From Candidatus Poribacteria bacterium (GTDB taxonomy: Bacteria > Poribacteria > WGA-4E > WGA-3G), in the NCBI GenBank assembly GCA_022823085.1, contig JAJDXV010000057.1, positions 19,891 through 83,890 of the forward strand: 64,000 nt of DNA. The letters run 5' to 3'. Of this stretch, positions 1-9,725 are shown in pieces. The translations under genes and the position numbers were made by a program. The notes under the pieces are model-generated. The model was not told the DNA's origin. It made no database searches and was given only the letters and a program-made list of their open reading frames with translations. Each line of letters begins with the position of its first letter. The stretch's first letter is position 1.

Positions 1-33
1 GCTTTATTTTTCTATTTTTAAAGGAGAAAAAAA

Positions 34-789
34 ATGATTTTGAGATTAGCAAATCTATTTATGATGGTTCTTATCGCGTTCGTTGCACTCGCTGGCTGTC
101 AGAGAGCACAAGATATGGTTGCAGATACCATGCCGTTAGCTGATGCCACTATGACTGACATGGAAAAGGTTCCAGTGAGTTTAGTCTGGTTAGTTGATTA
201 CCCGGAGGGGACAAAGGATGTGTATCTTGAATGGATTGCGTCCGTTGCTCCGACACTGCAAGCCCCGGCAGAGGTGAATCGGATAAGATCTTACGACAAT
301 GTTGAGGAGACGACACCACATCGGTTTGTTGAGTTTGTATTTGACAGTTTTGTTGATGCAATGACATACATGAATCGTCCGGAGATCGCTGCCGTTTTTG
401 AAGACCTTCCGAACCACGCAACGCAAGTGAGCGCACACACGTTTATTGAGCGTTCTGACTATACGAAAACCGAAGCAGAGAATTGGCCAGTTAGAGGTAT
501 TATTTTTGTTGACTATCCCTTGGGAGGAAAAGAAACATATCTGGAATGGGTTGCTTCCGTTTCCACTGCGCTCGTGGGACCGCCTCAAGTGAAAGCAGTA
601 TCCTCTTACGACAACTATAATGGTGAATCTCCACATCGACTTGTTGTATTGGAGTTTGCGAACCAAGAGGATGCCACTGCTTATGAGGAGATAGAAAGTA
701 TTATGGCAATTGAGGCTGAACTTGATGTGCAGGCAGGCAGCTGGTTCTCACATACATTTGAGTTACGCTCAGATTACATCAACGAATAA
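34..789 (+). CDS. Lipoprotein with two tandem ~100-aa internal repeats (function unknown)
   Basis: N-terminal signal peptide with lipobox 'LAGC'. Two homologous halves ('VDYPEGTKDVYLEWIASV...RSDY' and 'VDYPLGGKETYLEWVASV...RSDY'). RBS 'AAAGGAGAAAA' upstream of the ATG. Confidence 0.55.
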   Translation: MILRLANLFMMVLIAFVALAGCQRAQDMVADTMPLADATMTDMEKVPVSLVWLVDYPEGTKDVYLEWIASVAPTLQAPAEVNRIRSYDNVEETTPHRFVEFVFDSFVDAMTYMNRPEIAAVFEDLPNHATQVSAHTFIERSDYTKTEAENWPVRGIIFVDYPLGGKETYLEWVASVSTALVGPPQVKAVSSYDNYNGESPHRLVVLEFANQEDATAYEEIESIMAIEAELDVQAGSWFSHTFELRSDYINE

Positions 790-816
790 TACTTCGCTGT
801 TTACTTTTCTTTTCAC

Positions 817-851
817 AGGCGCGCTTTCGAGCGCGCCTTTCTTTTTTCGTC
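817..851 (+). terminator. Intrinsic terminator hairpin (GGCGCGC-TTTCGA-GCGCGCC) followed by a T-run
   Basis: Perfect 7-bp GC stem followed by 'TTTCTTTTTTCG', immediately downstream of the 34..789 CDS. Confidence 0.6.
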
Positions 852-854
852 ACT

Positions 855-2891
855 TCATTCTATCGCACCTGCAACCACAACAAGGTCAAGAATATTGACA
901 ACGCCATCGTCGTTAACATCTGCTGCATCTCCTTCTCCGACATGTCCAAGGCGATCCGTAACAAACGTTAAATCGTCAATATTTACGATCCCATCGGCGT
1001 TGACATCTTCAGGCACTTCAGACAGAATTTCCCACAAAAGAATCGCGCCATCTCCACCGCCGCTGGCAAGCGTCCTCCCATCGGGTGAAAACGCAACGGA
1101 GTTCACCTCGTACTTATTATGTCCGTTGAAAGTGGTGTGATTTTGACCTGTCTGTACGTCCCACAACCGGACGGTTCCGTCGCCGCCCGCGCTGGCAAGT
1201 GTGTGACCACCCCGCGAAAACGCAACGGAAGTTACACCCTCCGTATGTCCGCTAAAGATTTGGCTGAGCATGTTCGTTTCTGTATCCCATAATCGAATCG
1301 TGTCATCCCAACTCCCGCTGGCGAGTGTACGCCCCTCTGGCGAAAATGCTAAGGTCGTAACGGGTTTTCTATGTCCGCTCATGACTATTTTGAGTTGCGC
1401 GGTAGAGACATCCCACAACGATATAGAACCTTCTGTACCTGCACTGGCGAGTGTCTCTCCATCCGGCGAAAAAACCAAGCTATTAAAACCGTCGCGGTAT
1501 TTATCAAGGATCGCACGATTTTGGAGGGTCGCATGATCATGAATCGTATGTGCATCCCATAACCGGATCGTCCCGTTAAATCTTCCACTGGCGAATAACG
1601 CTCCGTCTGGTGAAAAAGCAATAGCCCCAAACCAATTTTGATACCTTGTGCGGAGTTCTCCTGTGCGCATGCTCCATACCAGAACCTCCTCCGAACTCCC
1701 ACTGACAAGTGTATTCCCATCCGGTGAGAATGTAAGTCCCCAAACATCAAATGCATAAGCTTCAAGTGTGGCTTTGTATCGTTGGGAATCCATATCCCAC
1801 AATTGAATTATGTGCGTTGAACTACCGCTCGCGAGGGTGCGCCCCTCCGGTGAAAACGTAACGACACCAACCCATCCCAGATACCCTCGGAGCGTAACAC
1901 GACTCTCGCCAGTCTCCACGTTCCACACCTTGATCGTGTCATTCCAACTCGCACTGATCAGCGTTTTGCTATCTGGCGAGAACGCTAACGCGGCAACAAA
2001 CGATGTATGTTCCGTAAAAGTTGTGAGCAGTTCGCCCGTTTGTACGTTCCACAATTCAATTAAGTAATCCTGCCAAGTGCCGCTGCTACAGGCAAGTGTT
2101 CTCCCGTCGGGTGAAAATGCAATGGCATCCACTAATTCTACAGCTCTGAAGGACTGTAAGAATTGACCGGTTTCGGTGTCCCACAATTCAATGCGTCGAC
2201 TGTTTGCATGTCTGATAGCAAGCGTTTTTCCATCTGATGAAAACATAGCATCCGAAGATCTATACAGTTTCACACCAATAGATTTTTGTTCCCCGGTCAG
2301 CACATCCCACACTCGAATCGTCCTGTCTGAACTCGCACTCACTAATCTTTTGCCATCTGGCATGAATGCGATAGTTTTCACCGAAGCGGTATGTCCTCTA
2401 AGGGCATTAAGTTGTTGACCGGTTTCGGTGTCCCACAACAAGATTTCTTTGGTATATGCGATGGCAAATGTTTTTCCATCTGGCGAGAACACAAGATCGT
2501 TAATATTATTTCCATAACCTGTTAGCGTAAGGCGGAGTTGCCCTGTGTAGACATCCCATAATCGAATCAATCCATCCCAACTTTCACTGGCGAGCGTCCT
2601 CCCATCTGGCGAAAACACAATTGCGGAGATTTCCGACACCGACGTATACCCAGTCAATAAAGCAGTCTCTTTATAGGTATAGGCATCATAGAGCCAAATT
2701 CCGATAGTACTCGCCACAGCGAAATGCGTACCCCTCGGTGAATATGCGAGGTCAACTATGCTGCCTTTACCGAGCCGTGCTATAGCCCCATCGGGCAAGT
2801 TCCATTGCGAAGCATCTTGCGCGAAATTGTTCAGTGGAAATAGCATAGAAATCAGTAAAAGCGCGAAAATAGAAATTGCGTTTAGCTTCAT
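855..2891 (-). CDS. WD40 (beta-propeller) repeat protein with signal peptide and C-terminal duplicated dockerin-like Ca-binding motif
   Basis: More than 12 WD-type repeats ('LASGSWDGTIRLWD', 'SGHT..V.SVAFSPDG'). C-terminus 'DVNADGIVNIDDL...DVNDDGVVNILDL' resembles type-I dockerin repeats. N-terminal hydrophobic signal. Confidence 0.8.
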   Translation of the reverse strand: MKLNAISIFALLLISMLFPLNNFAQDASQWNLPDGAIARLGKGSIVDLAYSPRGTHFAVASTIGIWLYDAYTYKETALLTGYTSVSEISAIVFSPDGRTLASESWDGLIRLWDVYTGQLRLTLTGYGNNINDLVFSPDGKTFAIAYTKEILLWDTETGQQLNALRGHTASVKTIAFMPDGKRLVSASSDRTIRVWDVLTGEQKSIGVKLYRSSDAMFSSDGKTLAIRHANSRRIELWDTETGQFLQSFRAVELVDAIAFSPDGRTLACSSGTWQDYLIELWNVQTGELLTTFTEHTSFVAALAFSPDSKTLISASWNDTIKVWNVETGESRVTLRGYLGWVGVVTFSPEGRTLASGSSTHIIQLWDMDSQRYKATLEAYAFDVWGLTFSPDGNTLVSGSSEEVLVWSMRTGELRTRYQNWFGAIAFSPDGALFASGRFNGTIRLWDAHTIHDHATLQNRAILDKYRDGFNSLVFSPDGETLASAGTEGSISLWDVSTAQLKIVMSGHRKPVTTLAFSPEGRTLASGSWDDTIRLWDTETNMLSQIFSGHTEGVTSVAFSRGGHTLASAGGDGTVRLWDVQTGQNHTTFNGHNKYEVNSVAFSPDGRTLASGGGDGAILLWEILSEVPEDVNADGIVNIDDLTFVTDRLGHVGEGDAADVNDDGVVNILDLVVVAGAIE

Positions 2892-3176
2892 CTGTCGGAT
2901 ACCTCCTTTTCAAGCAAAAGACGCTTGTCAGATACTTTAGCAATTTACATGCCAACGTCTGAAATGCTGAATCTACCGTTATCCGAAATTTTAAAACGGA
3001 CAATCTGCACAAAGATGGGCAGCCCGATGACACACTGCACGATATAGGGCATTGCATATCGTAAAAGCAAATTTCCTTGACTAAAGTCTCACCGGTATGC
3101 TAAATTGAGTATCAACGCTTATTGGAACAATTTTGCAGTTAGGTTTGAAACTTGTAGACAATAGGAGAGCAAACGC

Positions 3177-3962
3177 ATGAGCGATCTACAGTTGCAACAG
3201 TACCTCTTTGATGTGCAAGGCTACTTGGTCATCGAAAATGTCTTGAACTCAGAAGAACTTGCAGCCCTCAATCAATGCATTGACGAACAGCAGCTGCCGA
3301 CACCCGGAAAAGTCCAAAGATTTGGGAGCGCCCCCGGCGGTTCCGGTTTCCTGCAGTGGGGTAAACCGTTTTGTGATCTATTGGACCATCCGAAAATTAT
3401 GCCGATCCTCCGGTTCCGGTTAGGGGACTGCTTCCGTCTTGACCGGATTTACGGTATGTATATGAAGGAAGGCATGCGGCGAGGCGGTTTGCACGCCGAT
3501 TACGGTGCGACTGCACCGACGGCAAAAACAGAACCTGGCGAATATTACCCTTTCCGAGACAACGAAATTCACAACGGATTTGTCGTTGTAACGTGGAACC
3601 TCGCCGATACCGGACCGGAACACGGCGGATTTTGCTGCATTCCGGGCAGCCACAAAAGCAATTATAAGTTGCCACACCAGATAGCTGCGGCACCCGAAGA
3701 CTCATCTTGTGTCATCATACCGAACGCCCCTGCCGGTTCAGCGATCCTCTTTACTGAGGCGTTGACACACGGCACAGCGGCGTGGAACGGCAAACATCAA
3801 CGGAGATCATTGCTCTATAAATATTGTGTTTCGCACATTGCTTGGACATCGCGGCGCGTGGCACCCCCAGAGGAGATAGCACTCACAGCGCGTCAAAATA
3901 TCCTTTTTCGTGAACCTGGTGACCCCTATCGCCATTTCCCATCGCTGTTTGACACAGCGTAG
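3177..3962 (+). CDS. PhyH-family (phytanoyl-CoA dioxygenase-like) Fe(II)/2-oxoglutarate-dependent dioxygenase
   Basis: 261 aa. N-terminal 'LQQYLFDVQGYLVIENVL' and H-x-D...H arrangement ('GGLHADYG', 'EALTHGT') typical of the PhyH / ectoine-hydroxylase-like fold. Confidence 0.6.
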   Translation: MSDLQLQQYLFDVQGYLVIENVLNSEELAALNQCIDEQQLPTPGKVQRFGSAPGGSGFLQWGKPFCDLLDHPKIMPILRFRLGDCFRLDRIYGMYMKEGMRRGGLHADYGATAPTAKTEPGEYYPFRDNEIHNGFVVVTWNLADTGPEHGGFCCIPGSHKSNYKLPHQIAAAPEDSSCVIIPNAPAGSAILFTEALTHGTAAWNGKHQRRSLLYKYCVSHIAWTSRRVAPPEEIALTARQNILFREPGDPYRHFPSLFDTA

Positions 3963-4013
3963 CAGAAAATATCAAGAAACAGCAGCGGAGGTCGGGACCC
4001 CCGAACTGAAATT

Positions 4014-4712
4014 TTGAGTCAACCAAAACCACCCGTTCAAGCCATCATTTTCGACTTTGACTATACGCTCGCCGACTCTTCGCGTGGCGTAATTGCGTGT
4101 TTCAACTTCGCATTTGACAGACTCGGTTTGCCGATTGCCGATGATGCCACAATCCGGCAAACAATCGGTCTAACACTGCCCGATGCACTGGTGATGTTAG
4201 GTGGAAAAGAATACACGCGATATACGGATGCATTTACACAACTGTTTATGGAACGTGCTGATGAAATAATGGCGGACAACACGCAACTCTTTGAGGTTGT
4301 GCCTGAGACGGTCGAGACGTTGCGGGACCTCGGTATCCAGCTCGGTATTTTTTCATTGAAATACCGTTACCGTATCGAAACCGTACTCAAACGCGAGGCG
4401 TTGTTAGATGCATTTGAAGTCATCATCGGTGCCGAAGATGTATCGGAATATAAACCGAATCCGAAGGGTTTGTTGGTGGCGATGGAGCGATTGGATTGTG
4501 TCCGCGAAAATTGTCTCTATGTTGGCGATAGCCTGACCGATGCGAAAACGGCGCAACGTGCCGATACTGATTTTATCGCTGTGCTGTCGGGTGTCACGCC
4601 GCGAGCAACTTTTGAAGATCACGATGTTTATGCAATCCTTGGAGATGTTTCTGGGTTATTGGATTTAGAGGCTTTGACAAGTTCCCAATCAAGGAGTTCC
4701 AATGCCAAATAG
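4014..4712 (+). CDS. HAD-superfamily hydrolase (subfamily IA, phosphatase)
   Basis: Motif I 'FDFDYTLADS' (DxDxT) and motif IV 'VGDSLTDAKTAQRADTD'. 232 aa. Confidence 0.8.
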   Translation: MSQPKPPVQAIIFDFDYTLADSSRGVIACFNFAFDRLGLPIADDATIRQTIGLTLPDALVMLGGKEYTRYTDAFTQLFMERADEIMADNTQLFEVVPETVETLRDLGIQLGIFSLKYRYRIETVLKREALLDAFEVIIGAEDVSEYKPNPKGLLVAMERLDCVRENCLYVGDSLTDAKTAQRADTDFIAVLSGVTPRATFEDHDVYAILGDVSGLLDLEALTSSQSRSSNAK

Positions 4713-6342
4713 ACAACCTACTATTGGGGAGTACCTTCTAAAAAAATTAGAAAGTTACAATATTGGTCACATCTTCGGTATCCCCGGCGATTACGTAGTC
4801 CAGTTCTTTGATCTGATTGAACAGAGTCCGATTCAACACATCGGCACAACGCGAGAAGAGACAGCAGGATTCGCTGCGGATGCATATGCACGCACAAATG
4901 GTATGGGAGCTGCGTGTGTGACGTATGGTGTCGGCGGTTTATCTATGATTAACGCTGTCACTGCAGCCTACGCTGAAAAATCACCACTCGTTGTCATTAG
5001 CGGTAGCCCTGGCATGAAGGAGCGTACTGAGGGTGCACTTTTGCACCATAAAGGTAAAGATTTTTACACGCAGCAGCGTATCTATGATGAGATAACGGTT
5101 GCCTCAGCACTCCTTGATGAACCTTTTACCGCCTTTAACGAGATAGACAGAGTATTAGATGCGGTTTATTGGCATAAGCGTCCGGGCTACATTGAACTCC
5201 CACGCGATATGTTAAGTATACAAGGAGCCGTCCATCAACGTCCATCAACGGGTGGTCACCACAGTGACCCCGAAACATTGGAAGCAGCTTTAGCGAGTGC
5301 CATTGCGTTCATCAATCAATCCGAAAATCCAGTCATTTTAGCGGGGGCTGAACTGCATAGATTCGGATTTCGAGACAAATTACTTCGGCTTGCAGAAGAA
5401 AAACAGATCCCGGTAGTGACGACCCTATTGGGTAAATCAGTGATGCCGGAAGCGCACCCGCTCTACTTGGGTATTTACGGCGGCGCAATGGGCAGATCGG
5501 AAATCACAACGCTTGTTGAAACTTCCGATTGTATTATTATGCTGGGTGCCTTCATGACCGATGTCAACCTTGGGATCTACACGGCAAATCTGGCGCGAAG
5601 CCGGAGTGTCTATGCTATCTCGGATAAAATCACAGTCGGTTATTCCACTTATGAAGATGTTACTTTCGAGGATTTTATGGACGGTTTGTGTTCTCCACAA
5701 CTCGCCAAACGCCCCGAAGTCAACTTGGAATGGGTACTTGAAGTCGCAGACCCTTTTCTGATGGTCCCTGACCAAGCGTTAACTGTGCAGCGTTTGTTCC
5801 AACACCTCAATCAATATCTGCATGATGACCTGACGGTTATCCCTGATGTCGGAGACTGCCTTTGGGGTGCCGCAGATTTACGGCTGCCGGAACACACAGA
5901 ATTTATTTCTCAAGCATACTATACTTCAATGGGGTTTGCAATTCCTGCTGCTGTTGGTGCCCAACTCAGTAAACCCGATGCCCGGCCGATTGTAATCGTC
6001 GGAGATGGGGCATTCCAAATGACCGGCACCGAGTTGTCTACAACCATTCGCTACGGACTCAATCCGATCATTCTGATTTTAAACAACAAGGGGTATGGGA
6101 CCATTCGTCCTCTCGTTGAAGGCCCCTTTAACAATATAGAGAATTGGAACTATACACTTCTGCCAGAACTTTTCGGGGCAGGAAGGGCATTTTCTGTCCA
6201 GACCGAGGGCGAATTTGATGCTGCCATGAGGACAGCACTTGCCGAGACGCAACATTTTGTCCTGATTGAAGCAGAAATTGACAAATTAGACATGTCGCCT
6301 GCCCTTACCCGACTCGCAGAACGGGTTTCTGAGAAAGTTTAA
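4702..6342 (+). CDS. Thiamine-diphosphate-dependent alpha-keto acid decarboxylase (indolepyruvate/pyruvate decarboxylase family)
   Basis: 546 aa. N-terminal Pyr domain 'GHIFGIPGDYVVQFFD'. C-terminal ThDP-binding motif 'VGDGAFQMTGTELSTT...ILNNKGYG'. Overlaps the HAD gene by 11 nt, which suggests an operon. Confidence 0.8.
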   Translation: MPNRQPTIGEYLLKKLESYNIGHIFGIPGDYVVQFFDLIEQSPIQHIGTTREETAGFAADAYARTNGMGAACVTYGVGGLSMINAVTAAYAEKSPLVVISGSPGMKERTEGALLHHKGKDFYTQQRIYDEITVASALLDEPFTAFNEIDRVLDAVYWHKRPGYIELPRDMLSIQGAVHQRPSTGGHHSDPETLEAALASAIAFINQSENPVILAGAELHRFGFRDKLLRLAEEKQIPVVTTLLGKSVMPEAHPLYLGIYGGAMGRSEITTLVETSDCIIMLGAFMTDVNLGIYTANLARSRSVYAISDKITVGYSTYEDVTFEDFMDGLCSPQLAKRPEVNLEWVLEVADPFLMVPDQALTVQRLFQHLNQYLHDDLTVIPDVGDCLWGAADLRLPEHTEFISQAYYTSMGFAIPAAVGAQLSKPDARPIVIVGDGAFQMTGTELSTTIRYGLNPIILILNNKGYGTIRPLVEGPFNNIENWNYTLLPELFGAGRAFSVQTEGEFDAAMRTALAETQHFVLIEAEIDKLDMSPALTRLAERVSEKV

Positions 6343-6372
6343 CTCTAAAGGTAATAATATAAGGAGTTAACA

Positions 6373-6621
6373 ATGGGCTCAACTTTAGGCGGATTCGTAA
6401 TCCTACTCCTCGTGTATGCATCAGGTGCTATTTTTCTGACGGTCATGCTTGCTGTTGGCATCGCATGGGGTATCAGATGGGGTATCACTTGGTCGTTGAA
6501 AGAAATCTCCGGAGACCGTGAACTTGAAGCACGGCTGAAACGGATTCTCAGTCCTTCTGAAAATCAGATAAACAACAGCATACTCGAATCCACTACAGAA
6601 AACCGGAACGCATCAAATTAA
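6373..6621 (+). CDS. Small membrane protein (hypothetical)
   Basis: 82 aa with two hydrophobic helices. RBS 'AAGGAG' upstream. Lies 4 nt before the next gene. Confidence 0.35.
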   Translation: MGSTLGGFVILLLVYASGAIFLTVMLAVGIAWGIRWGITWSLKEISGDRELEARLKRILSPSENQINNSILESTTENRNASN

Positions 6622-6624
6622 TCT

Positions 6625-7527
6625 ATGTCAAAAGAAAACCGAGAGACAGAAAGCATCTTGCCGCTTTTCAGGCAGCTGCTTGAAAAAGCCGATAGTCTGC
6701 TAACCCGCTTAGATGCTCGCGCAGGAGACACGCACGGTGAGTGCCTGGACGACTACATCGCTTTTCAGTGGCGTGCACAGAACGGGACGGGGTATCTCGT
6801 GCCTGTTAAACATCCGCATCTCGTGGATAGCACCGATCTCATCGGCATTCATTCGCAGTGCGCTGCGTTAGACCGGAACACACGTCAGTTCTTGCAAGGG
6901 CTGCCCGCGAACCACGTCTTGCTGTGGGGGGATCGCGGCACTGGGAAATCTTCGCTCGTCAAAGCGATGTTGGAACGCTATGCCGATAAAGGACTTCGGT
7001 TGATCGGCATTGGCAAAGAGGGACTTGTACATCTACAGGAAATCGCAGAGGTGTTGTGGGAACGTCCAGAACATTATATCCTTTTCTGTGACGACCTCGC
7101 TTTCAACGAAGACGAACCCGAATACCGAGAATTGAAAGCGATGTTGGAAGGTGGAATCTCCGCCTGTCCGGACAACGTTCTCATCTATGCAACCTCAAAC
7201 AGACGGCACTTGATGCCTCGGCTGGTTCGAGACAACCGGTACCCACAGAACGATGAAGATGCGTTATATCCGCGCGAAGCGACGGAAGAAAAGGTCTCGT
7301 TGAGCGATCGTTTCGGTCTACGGCTCGCCTTTCAACGGATTTCGCAGGATACTTATCTACAGATTGTCTCCCACTACGCGCAAAAACGGGGACTCTCTGT
7401 TCCGACGGAGACATTACACCGCGCAGCGTTGGAATGGGAAGCCTCCTCAAGTGGGCGGTCTGGACGTGTCGCTTACCAATTCGTTGCGGACCTCGCTGGA
7501 AAATTGGCACTCGAATCAAATTTTTAG
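6625..7527 (+). CDS. P-loop ATPase, DUF815-like (AAA+ superfamily)
   Basis: Walker A 'GDRGTGKSS' and Walker-B-like 'ILFCDDLAF'. About 300 aa, consistent with the DUF815 family. Confidence 0.55.
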   Translation: MSKENRETESILPLFRQLLEKADSLLTRLDARAGDTHGECLDDYIAFQWRAQNGTGYLVPVKHPHLVDSTDLIGIHSQCAALDRNTRQFLQGLPANHVLLWGDRGTGKSSLVKAMLERYADKGLRLIGIGKEGLVHLQEIAEVLWERPEHYILFCDDLAFNEDEPEYRELKAMLEGGISACPDNVLIYATSNRRHLMPRLVRDNRYPQNDEDALYPREATEEKVSLSDRFGLRLAFQRISQDTYLQIVSHYAQKRGLSVPTETLHRAALEWEASSSGRSGRVAYQFVADLAGKLALESNF

Positions 7528-7558
7528 CAAGAAGGAAATAGGACACTTTTTGGAAAAC

Positions 7559-7581
7559 GGGCGAGGTAACCTCGCCCCTAC
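7559..7581. repeat. REP-like hairpin element copy A (GGGCGAGGTAACCTCGCCCCTAC)
   Basis: 9-bp inverted repeat GGGCGAGGT/ACCTCGCCC. The same element recurs at 8206-8228 and 42945-42969. Confidence 0.7.
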
Positions 7582-7630
7582 AGACTGTCCTGAGTAAAAT
7601 AAAAGTATCTACTTAGTTGTAGATTTTACT

Positions 7631-8160
7631 GTGAAAAAAATGGAGGTTTCTATGAAAAACCGATTAATGTGCTGCTTGGTATTCACGCTTTTCCTAAGCA
7701 GTGCTATGTTGCTGCCACATACGGCAAATGCTGCGCCGAAAAACGGGACAGTGCGGGTCAGTGGTGATAACACTTGGGTTGTTTTTGTTAACGGCGAGGA
7801 AGTTGCCCAGAGTGCGAAGACGGCACCTATATCCCTTCCGATGATACTTGGAAGGCAAATGCCGGTCCGCCACTCGCTGAGCGGAATGACGGATGGGAAC
7901 AACCCGATTTTGATGATAGCAGCTGGGATAACGCGACACAACTCGACCCATTCGGAGAAGGTATCTGGGGTTTCGGTGCGGACACGATGCGCGAAATCTT
8001 GAAGGATCCGGACTCAACAGCGTTTTGGGTCTGGGCAGGTCCGAATGACGTTGAAGACGATATCTATTTCCGTAAAACTGTCGGTACCTTGCCAACAACA
8101 CCGGTAGAACCCGGTGGGAAAGCCACCACCACTTGGGGTGCCTTGAAATCACAACAATAA
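7631..8160 (+). pseudogene. Frameshifted member of the secreted LamG-like family with conserved C-terminal 'GKATTTWGALK' tail
   Basis: Signal peptide 'MKNRLMCCLVFTLFLSSAMLLPHTANA' in the 7631 frame. About nt 7820 the reading shifts by +1 to a frame encoding '...EDGTYIPSDDTWKANAGPP...PVEPGGKATTTWGALKSQQ*' ending at 8160. The track ORF 7694..8152(-) is its antisense shadow. Confidence 0.5.
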
Positions 8161-8205
8161 GTTTAGTTCTACTGATTTTGAGCTAAGCGTTATTTGCTTC
8201 GTATC

Positions 8206-8228
8206 GGACGAGGAAACCTCGCCCCTAC
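8206..8228. repeat. REP-like hairpin element copy B (GGACGAGGAAACCTCGCCCCTAC), nested inside an outer inverted repeat GCTAAGCG/CGCTTAGC
   Basis: Direct sequence match to copies A and C. Confidence 0.7.
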
Positions 8229-8283
8229 GCTTAGCATCTTGGACTAAACAATAGCCTATAGGGAACAGTTCCTATGCTGTTCC

Positions 8284-9588
8284 CTATCCTTTTTCAACAA
8301 CCCTCGCGATCTCTGCAAAGACCCTCTCAATATCCGACTCGTCCAGACAGGAATAAGCGACCCGCAAGGCTGTCTCACCGAGTGCGATGATACCGATGCC
8401 GTGTTCTGCGAGCAGTCGCTGTCGAACGGTCTCTGCGTTCCCAGACTTCAGCCGCAGGCATACGAAATAGCCGGCGTGGCTCGGATACACGTCCCAATAT
8501 CTCTTATACCGTTCATCGGACGCAACCGCCTTTACCTTCAACGCACGGGCTTTGAGTGTCTCATAGTTACGCTGTCTCTGTTCCGCATAACCCTGTGCCT
8601 GCATCGCCTTAAGGATAAGCGTTTGCGAGACTTGCGATGCCCCAGAGGTGTTCGCTCGGATGAGTCCACTTAGTTTCTGTTCCAGTGGTTGCATCGCCGT
8701 TGCGTCGAGTCCGAAGGTGAGAAACGCCACGCGTAAACCCCATGCGTATTCCTCTTTCGTGGCACCGTCTATTTTCACCGGCACTACATCCGGGTGGCAT
8801 CCAACCAGCAAACCGAAAAGCGATTCGTGCATGACTGTATCGTCATACCATAGGCCGGCGTAGGCATCGTCAATCATAACGAGGATACGACATCCCGTTT
8901 CTGCGCGCGCCACGATTGCGTCCACCATCTGTTGTGCCTCTGTGCGCGTAACTGCGTAGCCGGTCGGATTGTGCGGAAAATTCAGGAGGACACACAATTT
9001 TTCGTCGGTAGCGTTTGCGAGTGTTTGGTGAAACCCGCGTGTGTTAAAGCCGTTTGAGGCGTTGAAGAAAGGGTAGGTTTGAATATCTGCACCCGCTTTG
9101 GTTTGGAAGATCAGCCTATAATTGCCCCAAATCTGATCCGCGAGAATGAGTGTGTCGCCGCTGTCGAGAAAGAGTTCGGAGAGCAGACTCAACCCGTGCG
9201 TCATACCACTCGTCACAATTGGCAGACTGAACGTTTTCTGATGGAGCGACGGGTTCTCTTGCAATAGATGCGTTCCCCACACCTCCCGTAACGCCTGTTG
9301 ACCGAGCACGGGGGCGTAACCGTAGGTGCTTTCTGGTGTAAGTTCCGGTACCAGTTTCCGAGAAACCGGCAGGTGCATCATATCACCTGTACCGTCTGAA
9401 AAGTCCAAGGCGATCGCACGTGTTGCGTTGAACTGGAACGCCTGCCTGTTCGCTTCCGCTGTTTGGCTTAAGATGCCTTTCGGTAGGTAGATACGTTTGC
9501 CTAACTCGGAGAGGAGTGCAAAAACGGATGGCGCAGCATCGAGAAGCTCCTCGTTTAATTCAATCGCTAAAGGATTTAACGCTTGCAT
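8284..9588 (-). CDS. Class I/II PLP-dependent aminotransferase
   Basis: 434 aa with 'NFPHNPTG' motif and downstream lysine region 'TKEEYAWGLRVAF'. Confidence 0.8.
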   Translation of the reverse strand: MQALNPLAIELNEELLDAAPSVFALLSELGKRIYLPKGILSQTAEANRQAFQFNATRAIALDFSDGTGDMMHLPVSRKLVPELTPESTYGYAPVLGQQALREVWGTHLLQENPSLHQKTFSLPIVTSGMTHGLSLLSELFLDSGDTLILADQIWGNYRLIFQTKAGADIQTYPFFNASNGFNTRGFHQTLANATDEKLCVLLNFPHNPTGYAVTRTEAQQMVDAIVARAETGCRILVMIDDAYAGLWYDDTVMHESLFGLLVGCHPDVVPVKIDGATKEEYAWGLRVAFLTFGLDATAMQPLEQKLSGLIRANTSGASQVSQTLILKAMQAQGYAEQRQRNYETLKARALKVKAVASDERYKRYWDVYPSHAGYFVCLRLKSGNAETVRQRLLAEHGIGIIALGETALRVAYSCLDESDIERVFAEIARVVEKG

Positions 9589-9725
9589 ATTCCCTCTAAA
9601 TAGTGGATAATAGTAGAGATGTACAATCTATTCTGAACTTTTGGAAACTTAAAGTCAACTGATTTTTATCTATATCCGTTTAAGCAGCAAATTTAAAACA
9701 CACCGCTCAGAATAGGACATAAAAA

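Noticed and set aside
149-666. Antisense ORFs 149..436(-) and 190..666(-)
   Set aside because: They lie entirely within the 34..789 lipoprotein CDS on the opposite strand, with no RBS or independent support.
895-2418. Series of + strand ORFs (895..1140, 1270..1536, 1371..1562, 1810..2067, 2176..2418) and 1385..1765(-) inside the WD40 gene
   Set aside because: These are shadow ORFs on the opposite strand or other frames of a well-supported 678-aa WD40 CDS. Their repetitive 'PSGENA...' content mirrors the WD repeats.
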